Notes under the pieces: model-generated | What the model was told of the DNA's origin: nothing | The model's database searches: none | The model's input: the letters and a program-made list of their open reading frames with translations, nothing else | Shown: positions 52,801-61,426 of the stretch, in pieces | Layout: each line of letters begins with the position of its first letter | Numbering within the stretch: position 1 is the first letter of the stretch | Source: Bugula neritina | Lineage: Eukaryota > Animalia > Bryozoa | Length of the DNA: 64,000 nucleotides | Assembly (NCBI GenBank): GCA_964035545.1 | Contig: OZ037766.1 | Location: 12,328,722-12,392,721 of the forward strand | Direction of reading: 5' to 3' | Position numbers and translations under genes: made by a program

Positions 52801-55800
52801 ATAAACATCATGGTTGTCTATTTGACCTAAATTACCATAGCTATCACTTTCAACACATATCTCCCATTCAGCATATTGTGAACAGATTCGAGCAGAGATG
52901 TACTTGAACATTTCTTTTGAATCATTATTTAAAGTTCACTAATGGCTAAGCAGGAATAATTAGGTAGATACAAATAGACCGTTTCCTGTATTTCTAATCT
53001 CCTTCATTGACCTAGTTTTACTGTGCTATAACCTGTGCAATTGCAATCTATAGGGAACTTCAACTGCAGTTGTGAACATGCAAAGGTAGCTAACTAATCA
53101 ATAGATATATTCAACAGTATTTATAAGTCGGAGTGAAATCAAACAGTGCCACTGACTAGGAGTGCGTTGACATGACAAAGAAATGTCTCAAAACTGGTGA
53201 AATAACCTCACAATAATACCTTCTGTAGACATTGTAGACAACAGTTCTTCTACATGTAGATACAAAGACATGCAACAGTATACCTCTAGCAATTAACTAA
53301 CCTTCCCATCAAGTCGAACAACAATACACGCTTTAGACATCTTGTCCATGATAACAAAATCAGTTACTAAGTTTTACATTTTAAGACAGAATTCGAAAGC
53401 ATAGAATATTGTATATTGCAAAGTACTTCACACAGCTATGTTCAAGTGATCAAAGTGCAATGAATGCTGGAACAATATTGATCTGAGGGAAATAATTAGA
53501 CTAGCCTAACAATGCTAATAAAAAATATAAATTATAATACATAATGCCACAGAAATCAATGGCGGTAATGAACAAAATGCCTGCCCGTGGCTATCGTAAC
53601 TCCACTCACAACTCTTGGATCGGAGTTCTGGAGGCGAAAAGTATTGACTTAATGACTAGATAACATTTGAAAGAGAGTTGGCTAGCCATAGGTTTATACT
53701 GCTATTCTATTCTACTACACTTAGACAAACAAACCTGTTTTGAGCTTGTCATAGTATAGTTAGAGAGGTGGGAGTGAGTAAATCCACCATATGGTTAGTA
53801 GTACATACTAGACTCCTTCAGAGTTGAAGATAAACTGCTGCACCTTACACACGCTAAGAGAAGAGATAGGTGCACAGCTGCTGCTATCTATGCATACAAA
53901 TCAATGCTAGCAGTACATTATGCTGTTAAGCAGCTGAAACTAGCATACCATTTGCTGTTATTGTTAACTCGTTTAGCCTCATTATGTTAATTAATGAAAG
54001 GAATCAACAACCTTGCGAGAGTATTATAAGTTGGAGGTAGACCACAGGTCGACCTTCTTACTGACAGCATTTCTTTCTAATGAGGGTTTTGGGTAACTCG
54101 TGAAAAATATCACAATCACTGGGAAGAATGACTGACATATGGAACCAAGTCATCTAAATAAAATGCATCACTGCAACTCTGGTTGACTACTCTTTTGCAT
54201 AATTAAATAATGACTAAAACAAGAAGAATGAATTCCTACTTGTCAGATCTAATTACTGAGCCAGTGAGTAAGCAGTGGATCTACAGTATAGTAACTTCTT
54301 GACTTATCAAGGGTTTAGGTAATTGGTCACAGCAGACTATTGATGGCATCCAACCACGCGACGGCTTTAGCTTGTAGCAGCTTGACAGGCATAACATTAG
54401 CTAAAGGGCATGAAACCCAATACACTGCCATCATGTAAAAGGCTATGATTTACAATCAACCACCAGGAAGATTCAAGCTGAGGTTTATATAAACAGTTGG
54501 TTGAGGTGAAAGATTAGAATTTTTGGAGAAGTTTAAAAATGTGACTTTAACTATTTATAAGATTATTAAATAACTATTCAGTTTCCATGGAATGCTGCCA
54601 ATAATAATTGGAGCATATATAATTACAGATATCTAACCATATTATTTTAATGAATAGCAGCATTGAATGATTTCAAAAGAGCAAGAGGAGAAAACTCCAT
54701 TCCCACGCTTACAATTTTGTAATTACCACTTTTCAACGCTCAAAATTTACTTACAGGAAATGGTTACAGCAATTAAAATGAATAAGTTGGTGCATGCATT
54801 TTTAAAGATTAACTACATTATGGAAATTATGGGCGGCAGCTACAGTAATTACAACTGTAAGTTACAACATGTTTGAAATATAAGATGCTGAAAAAATATC
54901 TTTTGGTCTAATAGCTTTGATTTTTTATTTATTTAATAGACATAAAATATTAATTGCATAACTCGATATAATGCAGTTTCTTCGATAAAATAAAGTTAAA
55001 AGTTTTTATTTTTCAAGTATAGAATTAAGTTTGAAGAGATAAACCAAACAGATTTTACTGAGTTATTAGTTTAGGTAGCTATTAGATTTCATTTCAAAAC
55101 ACTACTTGAAACCTTTCTCTAATAAACTTTTCCATTAAAATAGCATTTAGTTGGCTTCCACAACTTATGTTGGGTTTACAGGTGAAAATATGAATTATAA
55201 TGACTTTTTAATTTAATGGTGACCATCCAGACAAGTAGAGAACAATGAGACAAGTTCTGGTAAGCAGGTTGGTAGGTTGAGAAAGTCAACATCAACTACT
55301 AGAGTGTGGTAGAGGATACACCTGAACTGCATTGCCTAGGCCTTAGTTACGAGCTCCTAGCATTTTGATGATAATTATCTTGCAGAGTGACTAAATAAAA
55401 ACATCACCAAATGATGGGACAAACGCTAAGAAAGTGGAAGCTTAGTAATATAATGTACTAACTGCAAGTAGGTAAACTTAGCAACAGCTATGGATACCAA
55501 TATAAAAAACTGTTCTTTCTTGTAAGTGATATAAGTGGTCAAACTTGATACTAGGCTGCTCAAAAAATGATTGCAAAGGTTAGCACTGGGGAAGTACAAG
55601 TTCAAGAGACGTGCCACTTCCATGGGGGCAGGAAACGCACTCCTTATTAAACATAGCAGGGTTTTAAGAACTGCAAAGTTTTCTCCATCAACTTATAGCA
55701 GACTACATGAGAAAAAATTAAATAATCAATAAATACATGCTATAATACAGACGCCACTCATGAAAACTCTATCAATGCCCTGAAGCTGCCTTGGCTAACA

Positions 55801-58800
55801 TATAATATCTCACAGATATTACGGTAAAAGATATCGTCAAAATAATTATTAACAGCACAAAATATTCTACTCATTAGCTCAGCCTCAATCTAATTAAACT
55901 ATTTTAAGGATTTTAGGAACAACAATAAAAATTTAAGGCAACAGAGTACTTTTGGTCTACAAAACAAGAGTTCTCCCAGTGTCCGTGCAGAACAGATTTA
56001 TCAATTATAATCTTTCAATAGATTTAAATATTAAGATTGTTTATTCATATCGGTGAAATTGGCACCATTTACAATAATTTCAATGTATGTGGCATCTGAA
56101 TAGTTGTGATTGTGGATGAAATTCTGAGAGAAATATTTTAATTATAGGATATAACATGAGCTGAGCTTCTGTTAGTTTGGAGTCTCTTTTTCTATATTAT
56201 TCTAGTAGTATCTGAACATGCTCCCTCAACATATACTGGCCACTGAGAATACTTTCTAATATAGAAATCTACATTTCTTTCATATAATGAAAAACATCGA
56301 ATTATAAAAACTGCCTTTGGTTTAGGAAATTGTCCTCTTTTTTAGCTCTGCAGTACAAAGGGCATTCATTCAAAGATCAGCAATGAAATATTTAATCACT
56401 ATCTTTGCTTATCTGCAAAATTGGACCGGCTAGCTAAGCAAGTGAACATTCCAATCTTGAAGTTCTAACTTTTTGATAGTTTCCATCGAAAAACTGACAA
56501 ACACAAGAGAATTATTTTTATTATTCTACCCCTCAGTTAATTTAGTCTGCTAACTGAAGAACTATAGTCTAGACTCCAGGCAGTACTAAAAGCAATGACT
56601 ACTAGGTCAGCTACCTATAGCACAATACAGAGGCAATAATTAATTACTTAAGGCAGGAATACATTCTATGTGATTTGACCACCTAAGTATAAGTTTCCGT
56701 TTCTAACCCCACTAACAATCAGTCCTACAGTTGCATACAGTCAATACTCTTATTCAGTGTGACAAGCTTACTCACAGCACAAAGTTATCATGGATTGAAA
56801 TTCAGCTTTTGTAAACTACAATTACGTGAATATTGATTACAAGAAAATGACTTGGCCGTCACAATCCAAGATATCTACTGTCAATAGCTTCTAGACTATT
56901 TGTATTGCATATTGTAATATGCAGAGTGTAGTTATATACAGATTGTGTATGCAGTGTATGATGTAGAGTGAAGTTTATACAAGACGGAAGAGGCTGCAAA
57001 TTATCAAAAGAGAAGTCATGGTCTCCCAAAAATTAATCTAAATTGAAGTTAATCAAGGAAAGTAAAAACTGGGGCGCTTTAAATAACTTTCACTGCAGTT
57101 GAGACAGACTATTCCGTGAACACCATGGCCAAGCTGCAACACCTGTCAGTCAACCTAATAGATTAGACCGAACAACTACCTCTACCTTGTTTAATAAAGC
57201 ATATATTAGTAGGAGTTCCAGTGGCTAAACATGGCAACTAAGGTTTTAAAGGCAACTTCAGTAATGATTCAGTATCGTGTTGATAACATAGAAATAAATA
57301 ACGGCAATAGCCATGAGCAACTCTTGTAGTGATTCAGTCTTGTGTTAACTGCTAACAATATAGAAAAAAAGTAACCTAAATACTGCTAAACTCGCACATG
57401 GCTTAACTTGGTCTAGAAATGTGTGCGGAGTTACAGGTTCGAATCCCGCAGGGCCAGTGATGATGTCCGGAAGGGCATCTGGTCGTTTTCCCCTGCTTTA
57501 CTTTGAAATCCCTGTCGCCATGTTATCAGTATAGTGAGAGGCAGAGCTCTTAGCCAGATTAAAAAACTCATTCTTACCATCAGTGGTTTTCACAGGGATG
57601 GGAAGTTTATACTTGAGATTTTTATAGTTTTATTTGGTCATATAAAATACACACTGCACAGTCGTGCAAGTGAGTAGTACTAAGCTAGGGCACTCATTAC
57701 AAATACTATTACACGCTAAGACACCTTATCTGAATAGGAATAGTAAAGCTAATTTACCCAATGTCAACATGATAAGTCTTTCTTATGCACTAAGGCATAC
57801 TTAAACTGAAACTTACTATAAACTACTGCAAATGGCACGAATAACCCAGATCAGAGCTGCCAAGCATATGATGTACAAAAACTGGGCTCAACACTATTCA
57901 CTGCTGAGTTCTGTATGAAATAACCCATAGCTGTCTAAACATAGCCTTCCGAACTATCACACAGACTACGCAAGCAGTAAACAGTTAGTGTGGTGCTCAA
58001 TTATATATAACTTTCCAAAGTCAATTTCAAATTTCATTTAAAATTGACTTTGCAGTTTCAAACTGTTTCTTTTTCTTAACGCTGGGAGAGTGTATATGAA
58101 CAGTATGTTTATGAAACAGCAGTGTATGACAGAAATATAACAGCTACAATAGTCTAAGCATTGGTGACCCCAGAAACCATTCTTACCTGATCCATAGTAA
58201 GCAGAGTAGTAAATGTCTAATATTAACACAAGGAGTGTCTATACGGATAGATTCACAGACTGACTATGAAACATCCTCTCAATGATGCATCTAGATTATT
58301 ATCTGACATTTGAAGCAGTAATCACTGGAGCAACACTGAACAACTCATGGGATATGGTGGTGGTGTGATAAAACTCACTGCAGTTTAGTCATTCTCATCA
58401 AAAATAATAAACCAATCTGTATTGTTATCTATAAAAACTCTCTCAGTATTCAGATCACTGCATCTGCCACAACAAGCAGTTTAGTGCATCCAAAAATTAA
58501 ACAAGTGCAAACAAAATGCATCACCTGGTATGTGGGCATTGATCATCAATGTTCTTATATACTATACACACTTAGTTAGCCTAGCCAGGCTAACAAAGTG
58601 TGAACAAAAAAGGACCAACACTAAAGTGTTTGGTTTTCAAAGACTATTAAAATAACAAGATCAGGTGAGAAATGCACAATATTGAGTACATTTCCTGTTT
58701 AGAAAAAAGTGGAATGAACTATTACAATTTGACAATCAGTTCAATGGGAAATTAGGTTACCGGCTGTTGCTACTATCGTAATACACATCAACTGAGTTAC

Positions 58801-61426
58801 ATCGGGCTGATCACTCAAGCGTGATAGATAAAAAAGAAATATTGCTGAAACCTAAGGATGTGGAAACTAGTAGAGAAAGTGAGTGGGTGTAACTGAATAC
58901 AGCCCCCTGAGACTCCCTACAATGACCTCTAATATATATTAACCTCTACAATAAATACACTTGTTCTGTTCAACAAGGAAACAACTGGCAAGCAGTTTGA
59001 ATAGAAATATCTTAAAATAAATCAAGGAATATTCAGTTTTTGCAATTAACGAGGTGCATTGAAGAAATTAATTCAAATTTATGGCATTTTGTGGCTTACA
59101 GCATTATCTGAGACTGAGTCATTTAAAGTACTAGTAACTAATAGCAGATTGAACACTGCAGGTCTTAAAAATCTTAACAAAAACGACAAGTAAATGTTGT
59201 AAGCCTGTAAAGCAGTAAGAAAAAAGATGTAATACAACCACCAAACAATGCAAATTGCATCATGTGAAATAGATTACTGTGAACCATACAGTTTATAGCA
59301 GACTTTACTCTCTATTTCCTGACACTAGACAATAAAATCTTAAAAGGTTTCAGATTACCAATAAATTTGCTTCTATTGATCTTTTAGATAGACAGGTATA
59401 AAAACCGATTAGTTGAAAATGTAGGTTAGGATCTTGAATTCAAAAGAGAAGGGAGAAAATCAATGAAACTGACTGCATTAGCATGAATCTCTACCAAACA
59501 GCTTCAACATGTCACAGAAAGCAAGCTGAAAACAATGAATACTAAGAATAGAAATGCAGCATCTCATTGCAAGGTGGCTTGTATTTGCTTCAGCAGAGAG
59601 TAACTACCAGGCAGGTGTGAGTAACTTGAGAATTAACAAACATGCTCATAGGAAATACAGTGATACTAGATACTTCAATCACCTTCATTTAAATACTGCT
59701 TAAAACTAATGTCATCCAGAGTAAGACACTGTGCTGGGACCAAATGGCCAAGTACCACTACTGTCAAAGAGTTACACTACAAAGACTAACATCAGAACTG
59801 TAGTTGTAACATAGAGTATCACTTTAAGAAACTCGATTAACTCCAATTTTTAAAATAAAACTTTTCTTCTTTGTTAAAGACTACAATATTAATATTGGCT
59901 TGAACATTAAACTAAGTCACTGGAATGCAGCAGCAGACCAAAATATCCTTTACAACAAAATTGACAACAAAGGGTATTAGCCCAGGGAAAAACACTGCTA
60001 TACTTAGTTTATAATACACGTGTAAAAAGCAATAGCAACAACTATATTAACTACGCCAAATCTTAGACTATAGCAACCTATAACACGGTCCATAAAACAT
60101 ATATTCGTGGGAGTTTGAATTGTGAAGTATTTGTTTCACATCTTTAAACTGAGGAATAACTAGAAACCTGTCGTAAAACATAAATAGCTTCCTTAAAGTA
60201 CAATTATCAAATTATTATCTTTGTGGACCAATGAAGGTCTAAACAGCGTAAATTCTCAACAGCGATATCCAAAAGCGTATGACCAATCATTATTAACTAT
60301 AAGAAATAACAGCATTACATGTTGCAGGTGCCAGCAATAAATGTATGATATTATCACAAGAAAGTTTATATATAATATTGCATTGGTTTCAAAAGAATGT
60401 GCAAGATTTACCATGATATTAAAAAAAACTGCAGGACACCAGAAAACAAAAGTGGAACATGTTCTCCATCAAGGTTTTATACTGGGCCCCTTATTTTTCA
60501 TTACCATTATGAATTAAATTTCCAGTAAGAGAAGAATATGTACTGGAATATCAATATTCAACTTAGCAAAACTAACAGCATCATCATTATGACTAACAGC
60601 AACAGGCAAGTTGAGGTTGTCATAGTTACCTTTACATAATAACCAATCAATGGGCAATATGAGTATACTATCATTGTAATTATAGATTTAAAGATTGCAA
60701 AATTATAATTCGGATTTTCATTTTAACAATTTTATGTTGCATTACATCCTTACCATTACATTTAATTAAATTAATTGTGATTATATCTGTTGGTGTTAAA
60801 GGCTTAGTTTGTGACTTAAACTTGACACAGCCCTGACAGCAACTGTAATTGTAAGGGTAACAGTAACACTAACAGTAGCACACAATTTTTAATAATTTTA
60901 ATATCTAATATAAGTTAGACAAACCCAGGTTTAAAATCAAAATTAAAACACTGCAAAATGGGTAGCAGAGCGTCACAGGCCGCCACTGAAAAAAGTTTAA
61001 CTTCTTGAGTACTAGTAGTACTAGTAGCTACTACGCTAGTTATCGAACTCATAGTTATACTTATAGAAAAACTATTAGTAATAGCTCAAGCTGAAACTCA
61101 AACTTGCACTAAAACTGAGTTTCAATTTGCAGGTCAAAGTAAAATCTGCAGAGTGTAGACTTTTAAGTTTTAAGCATATTGATATAGTTGATACTGTCAC
61201 TTACTCAGTTACTGCACTCATGTCTCGGTTTTCAATTTAAAGTTTACAACTAGCATTACTTCAAGTTGAACTTGATCTTAAAGTGCTAAACTTGAAATTA
61301 CTTATTTAGTCATTAGTGATTAGATTTAGTGTTTTGGCTTAGCTTATAGTTATAGTTACTCGCACTGCTTAGGCTTACCGTTGAAGAGCTGTTGATGTTA
61401 GACTTCGTGTTTTCACCTTCAACCAT
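1..61426 (-). CDS. Ank2: Giant ankyrin gene (ANK1/2/3, Ank2, unc-44 family), spliced, ~64 coding exons, 3' end beyond window start
   Basis: 24 ANK repeats (SFLRAARSG...[13 protein letters not shown]...), ZU5 ([19 protein letters not shown]), UPA and death domain exons in canonical order on the minus strand; all traced introns GT-AG and phase-compatible; summed exon length 20,421 nt keeps frame to position 1. Confidence 0.95.
9069..9134 (-). CDS. Tail exon ([22 protein letters not shown])
   Basis: 66 nt, phase 1/1, G|gtaagt. Confidence 0.7.
11495..11647 (-). CDS. Tail exon ([27 protein letters not shown]...AFEPQ)
   Basis: 153 nt, phase 1/1, ttgcag and gtcagt. Confidence 0.72.
13165..13326 (-). 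CDS. Tail exon with helical motif ([26 protein letters not shown])
   Basis: 162 nt, phase 1/1. Confidence 0.75.
13601..15367 (-). CDS. Large 1,767-nt acidic tail exon with 11-aa repeats and YxxP motifs
   Basis: ttgtag|AT TCT in frame with ORF 13368..15416; donor GAAG|gtactt; phase 1/1. Confidence 0.82.
13975..15100 (-). repeat. 33-nt coding minisatellite, ~34 copies ((D/E)(F/Y)SQSPADEPQ)
   Basis: tcttgaggttcatctgcaggagactgactgaa(g/t) repeated in tandem. Confidence 0.95.
15998..16177 (-). CDS. Tail exon with helical motif ([27 protein letters not shown])
   Basis: 180 nt, phase 1/1; donor position slightly uncertain. Confidence 0.75.
16581..16638 (-). CDS. Tail exon ([19 protein letters not shown])
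   Basis: 58 nt; supplies the required phase 0 to 1 change. Confidence 0.7.
16818..17107 (-). CDS. C-terminal tail exon with (QQSDESHDL)n repeat
   Basis: 290 nt, phase 1/0, within ORF 16779..17105. Confidence 0.75.
16848..16996 (-). repeat. 27-nt coding tandem repeat, ~5.5 copies (QQSDESHDL)
   Basis: gtcatgtgactcgtcagactgctgtaa repeated directly. Confidence 0.9.
17579..17716 (-). CDS. Ank2: Death domain exon 2 ([21 protein letters not shown]...)
   Basis: 138 nt, phase 1/1. Confidence 0.92.
18006..18209 (-). CDS. Ank2: Death domain exon 1 ([23 protein letters not shown]...MLKLW)
   Basis: 204 nt, phase 1/1; GxDWxxLAxEL death-domain motif. Confidence 0.92.
18382..18463 (-). CDS. Ank2: UPA-death domain linker exon ([27 protein letters not shown])
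   Basis: 82 nt; supplies the required phase 0 to 1 change. Confidence 0.8.
19914..20174 (-). CDS. Ank2: UPA exon ([17 protein letters not shown]...AFQENRL...[16 protein letters not shown])
   Basis: 261 nt, phase 0/0. Confidence 0.95.
20441..20669 (-). CDS. Ank2: UPA exon (FWLVDY...[17 protein letters not shown]...ARSRDIE)
   Basis: 229 nt, phase 2/0. Confidence 0.96.
20981..21077 (-). CDS. Ank2: ZU5B exon ([28 protein letters not shown])
   Basis: 97 nt, phase 1/2. Confidence 0.93.
21528..21732 (-). CDS. Ank2: ZU5B exon (AHPVP...[18 protein letters not shown]...LRLLSSMA)
   Basis: 205 nt, phase 0/1. Confidence 0.95.
21877..22088 (-). CDS. Ank2: ZU5A/ZU5B exon ([20 protein letters not shown]...KIGLQ)
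   Basis: 212 nt, phase 1/0. Confidence 0.95.
23058..23078 (-). CDS. Candidate 21-nt microexon in ZU5A loop (GHQENFP)
   Basis: ttgcctggcag|GTCATCAAGAAAATTTTCCTG|gtgagt, symmetric phase 1. Confidence 0.5.
23192..23343 (-). CDS. Ank2: ZU5A exon ([12 protein letters not shown]...RWEEH...NSFD)
   Basis: 152 nt, phase 2/1. Confidence 0.95.
23520..23744 (-). CDS. Ank2: ZU5A exon with spectrin-binding DAR motif ([19 protein letters not shown]...)
   Basis: 225 nt, phase 2/2; hallmark ankyrin ZU5 sequence. Confidence 0.97.
24485..24614 (-). CDS. Ank2: Pre-ZU5 linker exon (...[17 protein letters not shown])
   Basis: 130 nt, phase 1/2; DNV...PV..G motif typical of the segment preceding ZU5A in ankyrins. 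Confidence 0.85.
25055..25144 (-). CDS. Pro-rich linker exon ([30 protein letters not shown])
   Basis: 90 nt, phase 1/1, gtaagt donor. Confidence 0.75.
25304..25418 (-). CDS. GPDG-repeat module exon 18, module end ([10 protein letters not shown]...QEVAET)
   Basis: 115 nt, phase 0/1. Confidence 0.8.
25522..25676 (-). CDS. GPDG-repeat module exon 17 ([18 protein letters not shown]...[14 protein letters not shown])
   Basis: 155 nt, phase 1/0. Confidence 0.85.
25912..26106 (-). CDS. GPDG-repeat module exon 16 (GKPVVAAP...LQVTP)
   Basis: 195 nt, phase 1/1. Confidence 0.82.
26248..26418 (-). CDS. GPDG-repeat module exon 15 ([19 protein letters not shown]...TDKY)
   Basis: 171 nt, phase 1/1. Confidence 0.82.
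26497..26619 (-). CDS. GPDG-repeat module exon 14 ([28 protein letters not shown]...VPE)
   Basis: 123 nt, phase 1/1, CAGCAG tandem acceptor. Confidence 0.82.
26831..26980 (-). CDS. GPDG-repeat module exon 13 (GVNIAQPGQ...ATVGQ)
   Basis: 150 nt, phase 1/1. Confidence 0.82.
27197..27356 (-). CDS. GPDG-repeat module exon 12 ([15 protein letters not shown]...VVTKP)
   Basis: 160 nt, phase 0/1. Confidence 0.85.
27560..27590 (-). mobile_element. Fragment of the same SINE tail
   Basis: Reverse complement tcttaccatcaggggttcacgcaggg resembles the tails at 57572 and 28350. Confidence 0.3.
27826..27965 (-). CDS. GPDG-repeat module exon 11 ([16 protein letters not shown]...IILQ)
   Basis: 140 nt, phase 1/0. 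Confidence 0.82.
28185..28385 (+). mobile_element. tRNA-derived SINE-like element, diverged copy
   Basis: B-box-like ggttcaatccc (28245-28255), core gatgttacgcagagcatccggtc, tail ttccatcagggtttctcacagagatgg. Confidence 0.5.
28456..28575 (-). CDS. GPDG-repeat module exon 10 ([18 protein letters not shown]...[11 protein letters not shown])
   Basis: 120 nt, phase 1/1. Confidence 0.8.
29172..29290 (-). CDS. GPDG-repeat module exon 9 ([10 protein letters not shown]...ILGPDGKAI...GVDQ)
   Basis: 119 nt, phase 2/1. Confidence 0.82.
29612..29801 (-). CDS. GPDG-repeat module exon 8 ([15 protein letters not shown]...TDKNG)
   Basis: 190 nt, phase 1/2. Confidence 0.82.
30420..30602 (-). CDS. GPDG-repeat module exon 7 ([18 protein letters not shown]...NKLLK)
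   Basis: 183 nt, phase 1/1; donor A|gtaggt chosen for phase compatibility. Confidence 0.8.
31640..31744 (-). CDS. GPDG-repeat module exon 6 ([15 protein letters not shown]...SPDFNL)
   Basis: 105 nt, phase 1/1. Confidence 0.82.
   Translation of the reverse strand, partial: VVLSSLTEVRCWLMEVIPRLTLNQQHMLSPLTSI
32512..32656 (-). CDS. GPDG-repeat module exon 5 ([13 protein letters not shown]...IPHSD)
   Basis: 145 nt, phase 0/1. Confidence 0.85.
32893..33065 (-). CDS. GPDG-repeat module exon 4 (DDSMKPVKV...LHGADKK)
   Basis: 173 nt, phase 1/0. Confidence 0.82.
33364..33507 (-). CDS. GPDG-repeat module exon 3 ([30 protein letters not shown]...)
   Basis: 144 nt, phase 1/1. Confidence 0.82.
33890..34049 (-). 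CDS. GPDG-repeat module exon 2 ([13 protein letters not shown]...VLIAP)
   Basis: 160 nt, phase 0/1. Confidence 0.85.
34406..34695 (-). CDS. GPDG-repeat module exon 1 ([18 protein letters not shown]...KDGRIK)
   Basis: 290 nt, phase 1/0, GT-AG. Confidence 0.85.
34971..35133 (-). CDS. Linker exon preceding GPDG module ([24 protein letters not shown]...VLTTS)
   Basis: 163 nt, phase 0/1. Confidence 0.75.
37425..37556 (-). CDS. Linker exon ([44 protein letters not shown])
   Basis: 132 nt, phase 0/0. Confidence 0.7.
38169..38249 (-). CDS. Linker exon ([27 protein letters not shown])
   Basis: 81 nt, phase 0/0, GAG|gtgagt. Confidence 0.7.
38611..40146 (-). CDS. Large 1,536-nt Ser/Pro-rich, predicted disordered linker exon (512 aa)
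   Basis: cctttag|CAA AGC in frame with ORF 38590..40065; donor AAG|gtggga; phase 0/0. Confidence 0.8.
40321..40548 (-). CDS. Linker exon, Ser/Pro-rich (GILAHSES...PASPELSM)
   Basis: 228 nt, phase 0/0, within ORF 40279..40635. Confidence 0.7.
41115..41210 (-). CDS. Linker exon ([32 protein letters not shown])
   Basis: 96 nt, phase 0/0, AAG|gtgagt. Confidence 0.75.
41648..41722 (-). CDS. Linker exon ([25 protein letters not shown])
   Basis: 75 nt, phase 0/0, GAG|gtatta. Confidence 0.65.
42364..42455 (-). CDS. Ank2: Linker exon ([30 protein letters not shown])
   Basis: ttgcag acceptor, AAG|gtgagt, 92 nt, phase 1/0. Confidence 0.8.
42938..43045 (-). CDS. Linker cassette exon ([36 protein letters not shown])
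   Basis: acag acceptor, gtaagt donor, 108 nt, symmetric phase 1. Confidence 0.6.
43410..43590 (-). CDS. Ank2: Ankyrin exon, ANK repeat 24 and start of linker
   Basis: [16 protein letters not shown]...[16 protein letters not shown], 181 nt, phase 0/1. Confidence 0.93.
43798..43896 (-). CDS. Ank2: Ankyrin exon, ANK repeat 23
   Basis: [14 protein letters not shown]...KTN, 99 nt. Confidence 0.95.
44272..44469 (-). CDS. Ank2: Ankyrin exon, ANK repeats 21-22
   Basis: [13 protein letters not shown]...[14 protein letters not shown], 198 nt. Confidence 0.95.
45370..45567 (-). CDS. Ank2: Ankyrin exon, ANK repeats 19-20
   Basis: [19 protein letters not shown]...[13 protein letters not shown], 198 nt. 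Confidence 0.95.
45819..46019 (-). CDS. Ank2: Ankyrin exon, ANK repeats 17-18
   Basis: [13 protein letters not shown]...[13 protein letters not shown]...QAK, 201 nt. Confidence 0.95.
46196..46393 (-). CDS. Ank2: Ankyrin exon, ANK repeats 15-16
   Basis: [13 protein letters not shown]...[17 protein letters not shown]...SVTK, 198 nt. Confidence 0.93.
46698..46858 (-). CDS. Ank2: Ankyrin exon, ANK repeats 13-14
   Basis: [10 protein letters not shown]...[14 protein letters not shown]...AKAR, 161 nt, phase 1/0. Confidence 0.95.
47150..47285 (-). CDS. Ank2: Ankyrin exon, ANK repeat 12 and start of 13
   Basis: [45 protein letters not shown], 136 nt, phase 0/1. Confidence 0.95.
47560..47757 (-). 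CDS. Ank2: Ankyrin exon, ANK repeats 10-11
   Basis: [14 protein letters not shown]...[14 protein letters not shown]...NARAL, 198 nt. Confidence 0.95.
48543..48740 (-). CDS. Ank2: Ankyrin exon, ANK repeats 8-9
   Basis: [13 protein letters not shown]...[13 protein letters not shown]...AKTR, 198 nt. Confidence 0.95.
48820..48880. repeat. Degenerate AT-rich intronic simple repeat (atatagagaaat-like)
   Basis: About 4 imperfect copies. Confidence 0.5.
49027..49125 (-). CDS. Ank2: Ankyrin exon, ANK repeat 7 ([33 protein letters not shown])
   Basis: 99-nt phase-0 exon; absent from the ORF track. Confidence 0.93.
49171..49206. repeat. 12-nt intronic tandem repeat x3 (tgacatcatatg)
   Basis: atgacatcatatgtgacatcatacgtgacataac. 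Confidence 0.5.
50019..50045 (-). CDS. Ank2: 27-nt microexon between ANK repeats 6 and 7 (VELVNDTTK)
   Basis: ctgcag|GTT...AAG|gtaatc, phase 0/0; resembles vertebrate ANK2 insert MMVNRTTE at the same junction. Confidence 0.8.
50259..50441 (-). CDS. Ank2: Ankyrin exon, ANK repeats 5-6 ([12 protein letters not shown]...[12 protein letters not shown]...DQESM)
   Basis: 183 nt, gtgagt donor; diagnostic [12 protein letters not shown]. Confidence 0.95.
51849..52046 (-). CDS. Ank2: Ankyrin exon, ANK repeats 3-4 ([13 protein letters not shown]...[12 protein letters not shown]...LTTE)
   Basis: 198-nt phase-0 exon. Confidence 0.95.
52146..52244 (-). CDS. Ank2: Ankyrin exon, ANK repeat 2 ([13 protein letters not shown]...SATK)
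   Basis: 99-nt phase-0 exon, classic ankyrin repeat 2. Confidence 0.95.
52535..52639 (-). CDS. Ank2: Ankyrin exon, ANK repeat 1 ([35 protein letters not shown])
   Basis: tttcag acceptor, gtaagc donor, 105 nt. Confidence 0.93.
53302..53349 (-). CDS. Candidate alternative first coding exon ([16 protein letters not shown])
   Basis: ATG, 48 nt open, donor AAG|gttagt, phase 0, 660 nt upstream of the ANK1 exon. Confidence 0.4.
57400..57605 (+). mobile_element. tRNA-derived SINE-like element (MetaSINE-like core), intron 1
   Basis: B-box ggttcgaatccc (57436-57447), core gatgtccggaagggcatctggtc, tail ttaccatcagtggttttcacagggatgg shared with the copy at 28185. Confidence 0.55.
61379..61426 (-). CDS. 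Ank2: Ankyrin first coding exon ([16 protein letters not shown])
   Basis: ATG at 61426, 48 nt, donor ACG|gtaagc, phase 0 matching the ANK1 exon. Confidence 0.75.

Noticed and set aside
57420-57455. tRNA gene (ggttcgaatccc T-loop)
   Set aside because: No complete cloverleaf evident, and it continues into SINE-like core and tail
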